Part shown: positions 38,301 through 51,949 of the stretch, piece after piece
Position numbering within the stretch: position 1 is the first letter of the stretch
Layout of the letters: each line of letters starts with the position of its first letter
Assembly (NCBI RefSeq): GCF_023055435.1
Contig: NW_025964383.1
Location: forward strand, 28,768,001-28,832,000
DNA: 64,000 nucleotides
DNA from: Haliotis rufescens
Lineage: Eukaryota
Direction of reading: 5' to 3'
The notes under the pieces: model-generated
What the model was told of the DNA's origin: nothing
Database searches by the model: none
Seen by the model: the letters and a program-made list of their open reading frames with translations, nothing else
Made by a program: the position numbers and the translations under genes

Positions 38301-40499
38301 CTTCCAACTGACTGAGCTAAACATATGGGCATCACATGACACCGTTCAAGATACAATGCCAGAAAACTTCAAGGAGCGCTTCCCATCAACAAGGGTCATT
38401 CTAGATGCAACTGAGACTCTGATTTGTAAGCCAGGCAATGTAGATTACCAGAGGGCCACTTTCTCAAGGTACAAGAACAGGAACACTCTGAAAACTATGA
38501 TTGGTTGTTCTCCTCGAGGTCTTGTTACCTATGTCAGTGACAGTTATGGTGGATCAACAAGTGACAGGCAGATTATTGAGAGGTCAGAGTTGTGCATGCC
38601 AGGTGTGTTTTGTGCAAGAGACAGTATTATGGCGGACAGAGGCATTATGGTGCAGGACATATTTTCATCTTCAGATGTAAAAGTCAACACTCCAACAATG
38701 CTCAAGGGTCGAAGTCAGCTTGAACCCCAAGAGGTAGTCCACGACCGCAGAGTATCATCCAAGAGAATTCATATTGAGCGTGTTATTGGACTTGGCAAAA
38801 CTTACAAAATTCTTAAGAGGGAGCTTCATCCATCAAAAGTTCCACTAGGCTCTAGAATTGTTCGAATTTGCTATATGTTGTCAAACTTTCGCCCAAGCAT
38901 TGTCAACCGACTTGCATGAACAAATGGCCATTCTAAACATACTTCACACATTCATGTATGTTTGTATGTCCTAGTGTGAGGTCTGTTCATAGCATTGAAA
39001 GTACAACAGTTTACTGCTAGTAGACAGGTGTGATTGTCTACTGTGACTGTATGGTGGGTATTAGACACGGCTCACTGCTGTATGATTACTGTTTACTCTG
39101 TTCCTTAATGATCTTGTTCAACTAATACAATCCGGAAACTGCAAAGGTATGTTTGTGAATGAGTTAGTTGATAAAATTAGAACATTGATGTTTGCTGATG
39201 GCATTGTGAATGCAAGTGACGCTATTGTCAAATTGCAGAAATCAGATGTAGCAAGCTTTTGTGGCAAATATGTTATGAATGTAAATTTAGATGAAACAAT
39301 TATGATTGTATTTTGCAGAGGAGGACTTTTCAAACAAATTGAAAAATGGTGGTTCAAAGGTGAAATACTTTAAATTGTATCAGCATACAAGTGCTTGTGG
39401 ATATTTGACACCCCAAAGTCTTAATGGGGTTTGGTTAGAAATACATTAGCACAACAACCTGTATAGCCATGAATATTTTGCTCACATTTATATATACTGC
39501 AAACATATCTTTAAGAGTTGTGTTTATTGTTGACAGAATGATTGTGCCAGTCATTGGTTATGGACCAGGTATGTGGGGTTATTCACAAGTTCAGACAGTT
39601 TAAGTGTACACATGAGATCATTGTCTGTTAACACAAGTACAGATAACGCGGTTGTTATAGTACAAGGATGTTTGTGGATTATGCACACAAAGTAAGCATA
39701 TTTATGTAGAAATGTTTATAGATTGTGGATCAATTTTTAGCGACAAACATGTAACCGTACTTTGGGCTGAATTCTGAATGCAAACTTAAACTTGAAAGTA
39801 CAACTGGAATGTGTGAGAAATGTTCAAATATAACAACTTTATTGTGTTTTAACAATTGAAATGATGAATATATGTACATAGCACTGTACCCATGAAGGGC
39901 CATGATATTACATACCGGGTAACGGTAATGAAAAAATACCATTGAATACATAATGAAAAAATACCATTGAATGTCTCACATTGTTGGTTGATCTGTGCTT
40001 AGGATCTCTCTCTCTTACCACTTTAACAATGAATGCAATAGTACAACACCATCACACGGTTGTCAGACAGACATTCAGTCATGTAATTTCCCTGCAAAGG
40101 AGCTCCACCACATTCCCAAGGTCAGTGTTCGAAATAGACATCAGTCCCTATACCCATAGATGACAGATTTGTTCAAAGATGTTTTACAAGCTGATAATTT
40201 CCTTGATAAATGTATCACCATCTATAACCACTGAGTCTCTGGGAACTCGGGTGTGATAGCAGTCATAGCTTCTGGATGACTGGTTGTATTTTGTAATTTT
40301 ATATTGCAAGAGTATATCTCACTGCTTCAGCTAACATGTTTGGGCCTACAGTTTCTCCATTAGGCCTACCCCTTATTCCAATATACTTCAGGGTTACAAG
40401 TGATATAAAAGAATCAAACAGTGTCAAAAGCTTCAGAAAAGTACACAAAAAGACAGTAGTATATGCATATATATTGAACTGGTTGGGTCTGAATACAGT

Positions 40500-40733
40500 A
40501 TCATGGTGTAACATTTATACTAAGTTTTCCATATAATAATTAGATCCACATCAAGTGCTTTTATGAGTTACCATGGTGTAATATTTATATATGCATTTTA
40601 CCTGATGATAAGTATTACTTGCTAAACTATTATATGAAATGATATATAAATATTACACCATGGTAACTCATAAAAGCACTTGATGTGGATCTAATTATTA
40701 TAGGATAACTTAGTATAAATGTTACACCATGAT
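40500..40733. repeat. Near-perfect inverted repeat (~93-bp arms, ~49-bp spacer) between the convergent transposon genes
   Basis: 40500-40592 is the reverse complement of 40642-40733 with few mismatches. Confidence 0.95.
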
Positions 40734-41061
40734 TTACACCATGATAACAGCCTGGGCCTTGTCAATTATGTTATAATCTTCATCAAACTGCTGTAGGCTA
40801 CAGCTAAGAATAGAAGTAAGTACTTTACACATGGTGTCAATCAGGGATATACCTAGCGGTACTCATTTGTATCATTCTCATCACCAGATTTTAATAGTTG
40901 AAAAGAAGAAATTTATATTCCTTAACTGTGAAAAGTCACTGCTTTCAAATAATTTTTGAAAAGTGAGGCAAAAGTAAGTTTCAAAAGACTCTTAGTACTT
41001 TTTAGATACACAGTCTTCACATGGATGTATTAATCCCCAAAAGGATGTCTGTTCATGAATC

Positions 41062-44000
41062 TTAACAAATGCAGTGAGTAGCAATGTAAGGCTTGAGGAA
41101 AGACTCAAAGAATAATGAGAGTCTGGGAATCAAACTTCCTGTACAGTATTCCTCATTGAGTGATATTTTCTGAACAAAGAAGTCTTTAAACGTACAAACA
41201 GCAAATAAGCAGTATTTTCGCTTTGATAGATACATCTGACCCTGCACTTGAAAGTAGTAATTACTGTTTTCTTTCAGTTGCATGAGGCCATTTCTCTTAC
41301 AAAGATAAGGAAAGAGTTTCCCAGGAGCAATGACCTCATTTCTGGCACTGTAAGGACATTTAACCTCAACAATGGTGTTAGAATCAATGACACCGTCTGG
41401 TGTTGCTGCAAGGAAAGGGAGTTCAGAGTCGACAAACATTCCACAACTATGAACATGAACATTACAGGCTATTTCAAGTTTGGCAATAGCTTTGGGTTCC
41501 TGCTGTAACCCATGCCTCACAGAGTTACAAACAAGTTTTCTTCCAGAGACAATTTGTTCACATAATTTAGTTTTGTTTCTCCTTGTAGTACATTTGCAAA
41601 TTGTCCCAAACTGAGATGCGGTAAGCCTCCATCTCCTCTCCTCATGCCACAAGCTACACTTGGCCTGCTTTCTTGTCTTTGACTCTAAGTCTGCAGCCTG
41701 GTCATCTGTAATCTGTCAAAGATAGACAGAATAAAAATAAATAAACAAAAACTTATCAATAAAATTCTTGAAACTCCTTTACAAATCAGAACAAAACAAT
41801 TCAATCAGATAACATGGCTAAAGCAGTTTAACCATATCGTATCTAGCTCCAAGGGACCAGAAGAAATCCATTTGCATGCAATTCAACCTAACCATCAACT
41901 ACTACACTGCAACGTCTGAAGATATTGTGTCTTCTGCAGTAAGAAATGAACTAACCATGAAATGAATAATAGCAGGCATTTTTTTAGAAAAAAGTGAATT
42001 ATTTATTTGAATGCAATAAGCAGTAGCTATTGAAAGCCTAAAATATAATAACTTAATATAGTGATTTGTGAGAATGCATAAAACTCAGGATTGAAGATTT
42101 CTTCATTACGGAAAACATGAGTGTAAAATACCTTCAAGGCTCTCTCCACCCAGTATTCTGTGAAGGGCTTGTCCAAATAGTCATGATCTCTTACTGCAGA
42201 TGACAGACTGGCTCTTTCAAACAGGTATCTGATCGTGATATCCTTAGATGCTGAAGAGCAGTAGTTGATGGTGATGTTTCGCACATGGTCCCTGTAAGAT
42301 GCACTATTTCTGTATTTTGCCGGTCTTGGGTCATCAAACATGGTTGGTCGCTTCGCCCCACACTTGAATGAGTCTGCTTTCTTCGGTGAATCTATTAAGA
42401 GGCAAAAAAAAAAAAGAGGAATAATTTTTTGGCTGAAAATATATTACTAATACTGGGACACTTCAGTATATAATATTTGAATGTAGAAACAGCAAATAAG
42501 CAGTATTTTCTCTTTGATAAATACAGGAAGTGAAATTGTCATAATTTCAGACAATTCATAATTTGGGGTATATGCCAAACCTGTCACGGGGGAAACAATT
42601 GAAAGGGTGATCACACACTGCAGAAATAGCTTGTGAGGCTTTTAAGTAGTTATGGCTAAGCTATACGAGCAATGCCTACTGAATACATTAGCAGAAAGAT
42701 CAGTTTCATATGTCATGGAATAATTAATCACTCTGTATATTTAATTCTAATAAATATGAACATATAACCAAGGGGTACTTAATTTATTTTAATGTCTGCA
42801 GCTGAACAGAATATCTATTTTTTCAAACCATATAAAAATTTCCTCATTTTAAGAAAACAATTGACACAAAAAAACTTGATAATTAATTCATTCTAACATG
42901 CTGTATAAGCACTTTGAATACCAATATATTTACTACACAGTAAACATGGTAAGGTACCTGAATATTCCTTTTGTGGCCTGTGGAATGTCTGCAGTTTGTC
43001 TGTGCAGGATCGCCTCACAGCAATCACACCTGTAGACTTGAACTGTGACAACATGAGGAGGACAGAAGCGAGGTGTTTGCAGGTTCCATGGGGGCCTTTA
43101 CCAGCTGGGCACTCACAGTGTGTGTTAACCACTTCACCACATTCTGCTATTATGATGCGAAGACTGTAGGATACCTAAGTCAAGGAAATCAAAACTTGTA
43201 ATACAGAGTTATCTAAGTATCATCATGATAACATATAATGAATTATTCCTGCAAGTGACAATGTTTGGTATAACTGACACATTATTTACACAAAGGTGAA
43301 ATATTTCTTATTACAGACCTAAATGTACAATCATGAATGGCAAAACTGTGAATGATTACTCACTAATTTAAAATCATTAATCACTGACAATTCAATATGT
43401 GGTTGAGAATGGAACTTATGACCAATCTGTTTCTAAGGTAACAAACCTTTTTCTTCATAGCAGCACTGACTAGACCACTGAAGTAGGCATGGTGATGAAT
43501 GACAACACTGCAAGCCAGGACATGATTGGATTCCAAAAGTTGATGTCCCTTCTCAATAGCCTTCAAATCTCCAGTCTGAAAGCAAATAATTTCATTTTGC
43601 TAATTTCAGTATCTCATTTATTCAAAAGATTTCTCATGTATGTTTCACAGGATATGTATTATCAAACACACCTGTTAATGTTAGTGTTACTATTGGTAAT
43701 AATTTCAATAAATTTGAGTAACGCATAGAAATATATTGCACACTTACCTCTTCATTATCTACAGCTAACCGGTACCTAAAATACGCCTCGACATCCGAAG
43801 AGGCCAAGGGCGGTAAGCTGTCTTTGTGTAGTGGCATCAGTTGCTTGAAACCTGTGACTGGCCATGATTCAAATCGGATAGGCTCAGGTAACTTAATGTC
43901 ATCTTCTGAGTGGCAGAAGTTATTATTTCTGTCATAGGACTCCAATCTGAAACAAATTTTACAATACACCTGTATATATTTGGAGAACATTTTTTTATTT

Positions 44001-44894
44001 TAAAATACTTTAAATTCAGTCGGGGTGGGGTGGGGTGGGGTGGGGGAAACCTATGAAGCTGACCTATGCATTGGATTACTATTAATAAAAATATTTTGTG
44101 CAACCAGACCCTTGGAACAGAAGTCATGTAAGAAGGTATTTCCATTTTCAAAGTACTGCAACTATATCTTAGATTTAGAATGAAAATGTCACAGGTCATG
44201 TCAAACCCCAGAAATAAGAACATTAGACAATGCCCAAAATAACTTGAATGAGGGTTATTTTGCCAGGACTGTAGATTGTAAAAATAACTTTACCCATGCA
44301 GTCTCATATGGTACTTGTGATACCTTAGCTGTGCTAGGAAATCCTAACTGAAGCTTTCTTCTCATTTTTTTCACTCGAGATATTAATTAAAGTATCAAAA
44401 GGTTAATATATACGGTACTATTTATTTTGATATATTTTAGTCTGATGCATTGAGTCAATGTATACACCACTGCCGGTATATGGTCTTTGCTTTTGCATAC
44501 ATGTAGGCCTAGTCACTATGGCCCCAGTTCATGCTCTGCAGACGACTGACATAGCATAATGGGTAAAATATATTTAAGCATGCTTTATTTACGATTACAC
44601 CAACATGCACGGGTTTTCATTCAATAAAATGAAATTTGCACACCCCTGACGTTTCCTTTATCGATAACAACAATTTTCATTCAGTTCGGATTTCCCGCGG
44701 TAATCTCGAGTCGTACTAGTGGAACAAATCAAAGACTGTTCGAAGATTCAAAGCAAACTGACACAGAATTGGCAAGTCTATGGTACAATTACATACCTTT
44801 CAATCAAATCGATCTTCTTCCCGCGTGTAGTTGCTCCACGGCATCGCAACTCTGTCTTCAACTTCTCAACTGTCAGACCGCTGTAGTGCGACAT
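41062..44894 (-). CDS. Transposon second gene: SAP + SWIM zinc finger + YqaJ (lambda-exonuclease-like) protein, 6 exons, ~517 aa, intact
   Basis: Exons 44797-44894, 43748-43946, 43447-43575, 42958-43174, 42132-42391 and 41062-41712 (1554 nt, phases consistent). SAP LTVEKLKTELRCRGATTRGKKIDLIER; SWIM CECPAG..TCKH; YqaJ W..ERR.RLTASQFG, AATPDG, EVKCP, QVQGQM. Confidence 0.93.
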
Positions 44895-45230
44895 GTTTAC
44901 ATTAGCAACACTTCCGGGACGGAAATTCCGACGCGCCACCTGGCGGATTAGTGTACCGGTGTTTGCCATTGGGATACGATGACATTCTCAAACCAGGTCA
45001 GCGAGCCTGACCACCCGATCCCGTTAGTCGCCTCTTACGACAAGCTAGTCGCCGTTCATGGCAAGCATGGATTGCCTATTCTACCCCAGATCTTCACGGG
45101 TCAGATCAAAGAAGTATATTGTAGAGTCTTGTATTAATGTATATTCATAAACTGAAAACGAAAGGTTCATTCGTAAATCGTAAATGTCATTCGTTTGTTA
45201 AAAAATCATAAATAATCAAGAATGTTATTA

Positions 45231-45591
45231 GACCGCCTCCGTGGTCTAGTGGTAGAGCGTCCGCCCGGAGAGCGAAAGGTCCGGGGTTCGATCCCCGACC
45301 GCGTCATACCAAAAGACGTTAAAAGATGGTACTTGTTGTTACCCTGTCTGGCGCTCGGCATTAAGGGGTTAAAACAAGGACTGGTCGGCTCGGAGTCAGT
45401 ATACTGTGTCTGAGTGGGGTATTCATGTTAAACTGCGGCATGGTATCTCAGTGAGCTAGCACTATAAATCGGCATCAGTCCGGACTAGTACAAGCAGCCA
45501 CACAAACACACACACGTACATGCACGTCGCTATATAATTGCAATAATCTTGGACGCGACGTTAAACCCCATTTCACCTCACCTCACCTCAC
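45231..45591 (+). mobile_element. Full-length tRNA-derived SINE (family M) with 14-bp TSD CAAGAATGTTATTA
   Basis: A box TGGTCTAGTGG, B box GGTTCGATCCC, (CACCT)n tail. The empty paralogous site is at ~13387-13400. Confidence 0.92.
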
Positions 45592-46629
45592 CAAGAATGT
45601 TATTAATTCATCAATACCATCAGATGTGACAATATTCCCTGATGTCACATGAGAAAAATGTTGAACGTTTGTAATGTTGCGATGCTATGACCCCATAGCC
45701 ATGGAACATTGTGGCCTTTCACTCAGTTCGTCCTGGGTAACGAAACAGTTTGGTAGTTTGACTGTTATGCCAAGGCATTGTGAAAGTGCAATAAATGAAA
45801 ATATGCTTTTATATAAAAAGACTTACTTACAAGCTTAAGGTTGGTTGGTTTAATGTTTTACGCCGCAATCAGCAATATTCCAGCTATATGACGGCGGTCT
45901 GTAAATAATCGAGACTGGACCAGCCAATCCAGTGATTGATATCATGTGCATAGATCCACGCCATTGGGATACGATGACATGCTTCAGCGAGCCTGACCAC
46001 CCGATCCCGTTAGTCGCCTCTTTACGACAAGAATGGTCGCCTTTTACTTCAAGCATGGTTTGCTGAAGACCTATTCTACCCCGAATCTTCACGGGTCTTA
46101 CTAACAAGGATATGTGTAAGATTTGTACAGTGAAAGCTGAAGGTAACACATGTGTCAAACGACCAAAAGATAATCAGGGAAGGAGTATTTCATCTCAGAA
46201 CTTTCCGGTTTCGCTTGACATCCACTAACAAAATACTGAAAGGGTGCTGAGAGAATATTTCGTCAATAGAACCGAAAGTTCATCAGAACAGGATGGAGGA
46301 GATGTTGTTGTTTTTCAAAATATATAGTCGACAGGTTACCGTTTTCAGACTGAAAGTCAACATCGACGCCAGGAAGCAGCTTAATGTGATTTGTATCAAC
46401 AATAAATCTTTTACGTTGCACAGACTGATTAGTTTTGTTAACAATAAAATGTAAAATGTTTTGGAAAAAAAAATGCAAATCATTTCGACTCTATATCATT
46501 CGATATAGGGACGTGACTTAAAGATAGACTTAAAGAACGAACGAATGAAAAATATTACAGGCGTCCAATGAAAAGACGAGTTATTTAAAGAAAACTGTAA
46601 TTCCCATGCCCAAGAGCATTACAGAACAT

Positions 46630-47170
46630 TTAATTCCCTCTATTTGGCATTCCTTACGGATAAGAATACCATATAAGTACCTGAACATTATGATCCAGAT
46701 TTGTACGATGAAACAGACAGCACAATAGGACTTTTAACAAGTGATCACATTGTGTTTGGTGGGAATTGGAATATCATTCAAAGTAACTCGCTAGATTCGT
46801 ACAACAATAAAGAATGTTAATAATTCAAAGTTCAATAAAGGGTACTTAAACTTAAATGTGAATTGGACTTGTCAAAGCTTCGAGGGAACTGAAGCCTTTT
46901 GCTAAGCGATGCATATGGACAACATAACCCTTTAAAACAACCCCGCTATCTTTACCCTTTAGACTATCAGAACTGCAGCGCAAGAAAGGCTTTTGGAAAA
47001 TGAATAATTCACTTCTTAAAGACAAAAGTTCCTTTGCGTTAGTAATATCAATCCAAATGAAAAGGAATAATCGGTATAGATGTAAATAAAGCGTCTTCTC
47101 AATAAGCTTTTAACTTCTCAGGAAAATGATCGAATGAATGATCAGAGGCACCGCTACACACTTGTCATCG
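46630..47170 (+). mobile_element. Highly decayed L1/Tx1-type LINE ORF2 (endonuclease region) remnant
   Basis: Fragmentary GGNWNIIQ..LDSYN, NPLKQPR and KGFWKMNNSLLKDK motifs in collinear order. Confidence 0.6.
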
Positions 47171-47299
47171 TGTCAGAAAAGAACGTGAACAGTTGGAAAG
47201 GGGCACAGAACATAATTCTTGTAAATGATAGCAATTCGATGCAAATGATCCCATGTGAAATACACTAATCACACCACATAGCCCCCTTACCCCACACAG

Positions 47300-49613
47300 C
47301 ATACCGTGGCATAGTGTATTTACTAACTTCAACTGTCAGCAGCCCTCTTACTGTGGCATAATGTATTTACTAACTTCAACAATCAAGAGCCCTCTTACTA
47401 TGGCATTATGTATTTACTTACTTCAACAATCAACAGCCCTCTTACTGTGGCATTATGTATTTACTATCTTCAACAATCAAGAGCCCTCTTACTGTGGCAT
47501 AATGTATTTACTTACTTCAACAATCAACAGCCCTCTTACTGTGGCATAATGTATTTACTTACTTCAACAATCAACAGCCCTCTTACTGTGGCATTATGTA
47601 TTTACTAACTTCAACAATCAAGAGCCCTCTTACTGTGGCATAATGTATTTACTTACTTCAACAATCAACAGCCCTCTTACTGTGGCATTATGTATTTACT
47701 AACTTCAACTATCAAGAGCCGTCTTACTGTGTCATAATGTATTTACTTACTTCAACAATCAACAGCCCTCTTACTATGGTATGGTGTATTTATTAACTTC
47801 AACAATCAACAGCCCTCTTACTGTGGCATAATGTATTTATTAACTTCAACAATCAACAGCCCTCTTACTGTGGCATAATGTATTTACTTACTTCAACAAT
47901 CAACAGCCCTCTTACTATGGCATGGTGTATTTATTAACTTCAACAATCAACAGCCCTCTTACTGTGGCATAATGTATTTATTAACTTCATCAATCAACAG
48001 CCCTCTTACTGTGGCATAATGTATTTATGAACTTCAACTATCAAGAGCCATCTTACTGTGGCATAATGTATTTATTAACTTCAACAATCAACAGCCCTCA
48101 TTATTGTGGCATAATGTATTTACTAACTTCAACTATCAAGAGCCCTCTTACTGTGGCATAATGTATTTACTTACTTCAACAATCAACAGCCCTCTTACTG
48201 TGGCATTATGTATTTACTAACTTCAACTATCAAGAGCCGTCTTACTGTGTCATAATGTATTTACTAACTTCAACAATCAACAGCCCTCTTACTATGGCAT
48301 AATGTATTTATTAACTTCAACAATCAACAGCCCTCTTACTGTGGCATAATGTATTTATTAACTTCAACAATCAACAGCCCCCTTACTGTGGCATAATGTA
48401 TTTACTTACTTCAACAATCAACAGCCCTCTTACTATGGCATGGTGTATTTATTAACTTCAACAATCAACAGCCCTCTTACTGTGGCATAATGTATTTATT
48501 AACTTCATCAATCAACAGCCATCTTACTGTGGCATAATGTATTTATGAACTTCAACTATCAAGAGCCCTCTTACTGTGGCATAATGTATTTACTTACTTC
48601 AACAATCAACAGCCCTCTTACTATGGCATGGTGTATTTATTAACTTCAACAATCAACAGCCCTCTTACTGTGGCATAATGTATTTATTAACTTCATCAAT
48701 CAACAGCCCTCTTACTGTGGCATAATGTATTTATGAACTTCAACTATCAAGAGCCATCTTACTGTGGCATAATGTATTTATTAACTTCAACAATCAACAG
48801 CCCTCATTATTGTGGCATAATGTATTTACTAACTTCAACTATCAAGAGCCCTCTTACTGTGGCATAATGTATTTACTTACTTCAACAATCAACAGCCCTC
48901 TTACTGTGGCATTATGTATTTACTAACTTCAACTATCAAGAGCCGTCTTACTGTGTCATAATGTATTTACTTACTTCAACAATCAACAGCCTTCTTACTA
49001 TGGCATGGTGTATTTATTAACTTCAACAATCAACAGCCCTTTTACTGTGGCATAATGTATTTATTAACTTCAACAATCAACAGCCCCCTTACTGTGGCAT
49101 AATGTATTTACTTACTTCAACAATCAACAGCCCTCTTACTGTGGCATGGTGTATTTATTAACTTCAACAATCAACAGCCCTCTTACTGTGGCATAATGTA
49201 TTTATTAACTTCATCAATCAACAGTTCTCATTATTGTGGCATAATGTATTTACTAACTTCAACTATCAAGAGCCCTCTTACTGTGGCATAATGTATTTAC
49301 TTACTTCAACAATCAACAGCCCTCTTACTATGGCATGGTGTATTTATTAACTTCAACTATCAAGAGCCCTCTTACTGTCGCATAATGTATTTACTAACTT
49401 CAACAATCAACAGCCCTCTTATTGTGGCATAATGTATTTATTAACTTCAACAATCAACAGCCCTCTTACTGTGGCATAATGTATTTGTGAACTTCAACTA
49501 TCAAGAGCCGTCTTACTGTGGCATAATGTATTTACTAACTTCAACAATCAAGAGCCCTCTTACTGTGGCATAATGTATTTACTTACTTCAACTATCAACA
49601 GCCCTCTTACTGT
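47300..49613. repeat. Satellite/minisatellite, 47-bp unit, ~49 copies
   Basis: GCCCTCTTACTGTGGCATAATGTATTTACTAACTTCAACAATCAACA repeated. Confidence 0.98.
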
Positions 49614-50370
49614 GATAGACAGACAGGCAGACAGACAGACTCACGCGTTCATGCACATGCAGTTGAAAACAACCGTCACGATGAAATCGGTAGACTACAA
49701 GAAAGGGTAGATCTAGGTCACATCGTAGACTTAAATTTATGTTTCAACCACAAGTCACTCATTACATCCTTGGCTCATGGAGTTCAGAGAAATAATATAC
49801 TGCAGGGGGGGGGGGCGGTCGTCGCAGTAATTCCCATCAGCTCTTCAAGCGGACTGCTGTCCTTCCTTAAGCATAAGCAATTACCTATGCACATTGTAAA
49901 TGAATGAAACTCAGATATGATTATATATAGACACAGAAAAGCTTCAAAGGGTCGATGTTTAGTAAATCCAACTAATTTCTTACCTGCAATACTTGAAACA
50001 TTATCGAGTATGTACTTCACTGATGGTTTCATGGAAATGCCCCTCTTATACTTCCATATCTGTTCTGAATCCTACCTTAGACATATGTGTTTGCATAACA
50101 TTCGTGTAGTATTGGCCCAGTTTAGATGTAGTTATCAAATATTTAACCAAGCAGGACGACATGGGGATGCATATAAGGAATGCATAAGACGGATATTCAC
50201 ATAATTTAGAAGTTATAAGTAGTATTTCCTTCAGTAATATTGCCCGTAATCTGATACACTCACTCGTAATTATATCGCGAAATACTACTTCGTTAACGCC
50301 ATCACGTGTTCATTTATACTTAACATTAATGTCTACAGGCCAACTTGGTAAACAATGACTTGTATATTAT

Positions 50371-50535
50371 GGGCAGTAGGCGGGCCCTGTGGGTAAAGCG
50401 TTGGCTCGTTACGCCGAAGACCCGGGATCGATTCCCGACATAGGCACAATGTCTGAAGCCCATTTGCCGGTGTCACTCGCCGTGATACTGCTGCAATATA
50501 GTTAAAAGAGGCGTTAATACATACACACTTACTCA
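50371..50535 (+). mobile_element. Diverged family A SINE
   Basis: Degenerate A and B boxes, GAAGCCCATTT body, tail. Confidence 0.75.
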
Positions 50536-51127
50536 CTACAATCAATAAGTGATTGATTGATTGGTTGTTTGAAAAGAGTCCCACAATATGAACTAATTAA
50601 CTGACACATATGCTTAAAAAGCCTTGCTGTGTACAACAAAGATGCTTGATAAGCTTCACTCAAATTACAGCTTTGTTTACCTACAAGCTAGACATATTGT
50701 TAGAAAGAGCCACAAAATGTCGTATTTAAATGTTCATATTTAATAGTCCCTTTTGTGGTATCTTGTAACGAGATAGGTATGCGTGACTTACATTCGTTAT
50801 CAATTGCTCAATGACATGAATGCGCCGACACAAAGTGAGTGAGTGAGTGAGTCCCACAATATGAACTAATTAATTGACACATATGCCTATTATGCCCCGT
50901 TGTGTACAACAAAGATGCTTGATAAGCTTCACTCAAATTACAACTTTGTTTAAAAGTTTGCTCAAAGCGGCGTAAAACATACTCACTCACTCACTCACTA
51001 ACTCCACTACAGTGTGGTCATTATAGGTGTGACATGTACCATTTCCAAGCATGTCATGAAATGTGTCTGAGTGGCAGTTTGCAAGCATTAGACTAACGTT
51101 TAGTCCCTGGTATAAACTTATCTTATA

Positions 51128-51132
<5 letters not shown>

Positions 51133-51219
<87 letters not shown>

Positions 51220-51221
51220 AT
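51133..51221. repeat. (TA)n microsatellite
   Basis: Direct reading. Confidence 0.98.
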
Positions 51222-51949
51222 CTACTCAAAACAAGATAATATCAAAATGGAACCCAGGACAATGCTTCATTTCTAGTCTCAGAAATGAAAATGTTTTACA
51301 GAAAAAACAATATAATAAATAGGAGCCCAGAGACTCTTCATTAGTCTAATATAGACTTGAATGGGCTGTCGCTCACTTCAGCTGTAACGACCAGTGGACA
51401 GCACAAGATTAACTGATAAAAACAACCCAGAATCTCGCTTGTGGGCCCTACAGAATTAGACAGAACCGAGAGCTCAGACAAATTATTCCAGACTTGAGTT
51501 GGATCTAGTTCTTATTTTTTCTCTAGGGCCTGGGAGGCAGGTTAGGTTAACGCTATAAGATCTGGACAAGCAGTCATACATACAAATGCAAATACACTTT
51601 CCCTCAAGAATGCGACGAACTCTATTTCACCTCCTTCCCCTGCTTTGCTGACAAAAAAAAGATGAACATTATATCATATAAGTGTCACACATTATAAAAT
51701 GCAAGTATGACAATGTCACACCATATTGCTTATGAGAAACACAAGTATGCATAAAAACATGAACTGATTACGACGGTAGACTCTTAATGTTTTTATTTAA
51801 TACCACCCACCAACCCGCACATTTATTCATTTATCCTTCTAAAATAGCTTGTAGTTTGTGTTTAGGATTTAAACACATTTTCTACAGTGAATGACACCAC
51901 GTGTTTGGGTATTACTCAATGCCTCGTAACCTTGTTTCATTGTACACCC

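Larger units (their letters stand above)
32532..38919 (+). pseudogene. THAP + DDE_Tnp_4 (Harbinger-type) transposase, ~438 aa, disrupted only by the LTR insertion
   Basis: Exon 32532-32733 (CCVPQC...W...VCRNHF), then exon 33474-33973 (LKRGAIPT THAP box), which rejoins in frame at 38305-38919 (WTNFLYF|QLTELNIW...VILDATE...IMADRG...HIERVIG). Confidence 0.92.
32442..44967 (+). mobile_element. ISL2EU-type (PIF/Harbinger-related) DNA transposon, 12526 bp including the nested LTR element
   Basis: Perfect 15-bp TIRs GGCAAACACCGGTAC (32442-32456) and GTACCGGTGTTTGCC (44953-44967), with 2-bp AT TSD. It splits a family R element exactly (…GATCTACGCA AT | AT TGGGATACGATGAC…). Encodes a THAP-DDE transposase and a YqaJ nuclease. 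Confidence 0.95.

Noticed and set aside
47300-49613. Possible CRISPR-like array
   Set aside because: The units are contiguous with no variable spacers; it is an ordinary satellite.
50576-50950. ~100-bp direct duplication (50576-50678 / 50849-50951)
   Set aside because: The duplication is real but shows no TG..CA ends, TSD or coding content, so it is treated as a trivial local duplication.
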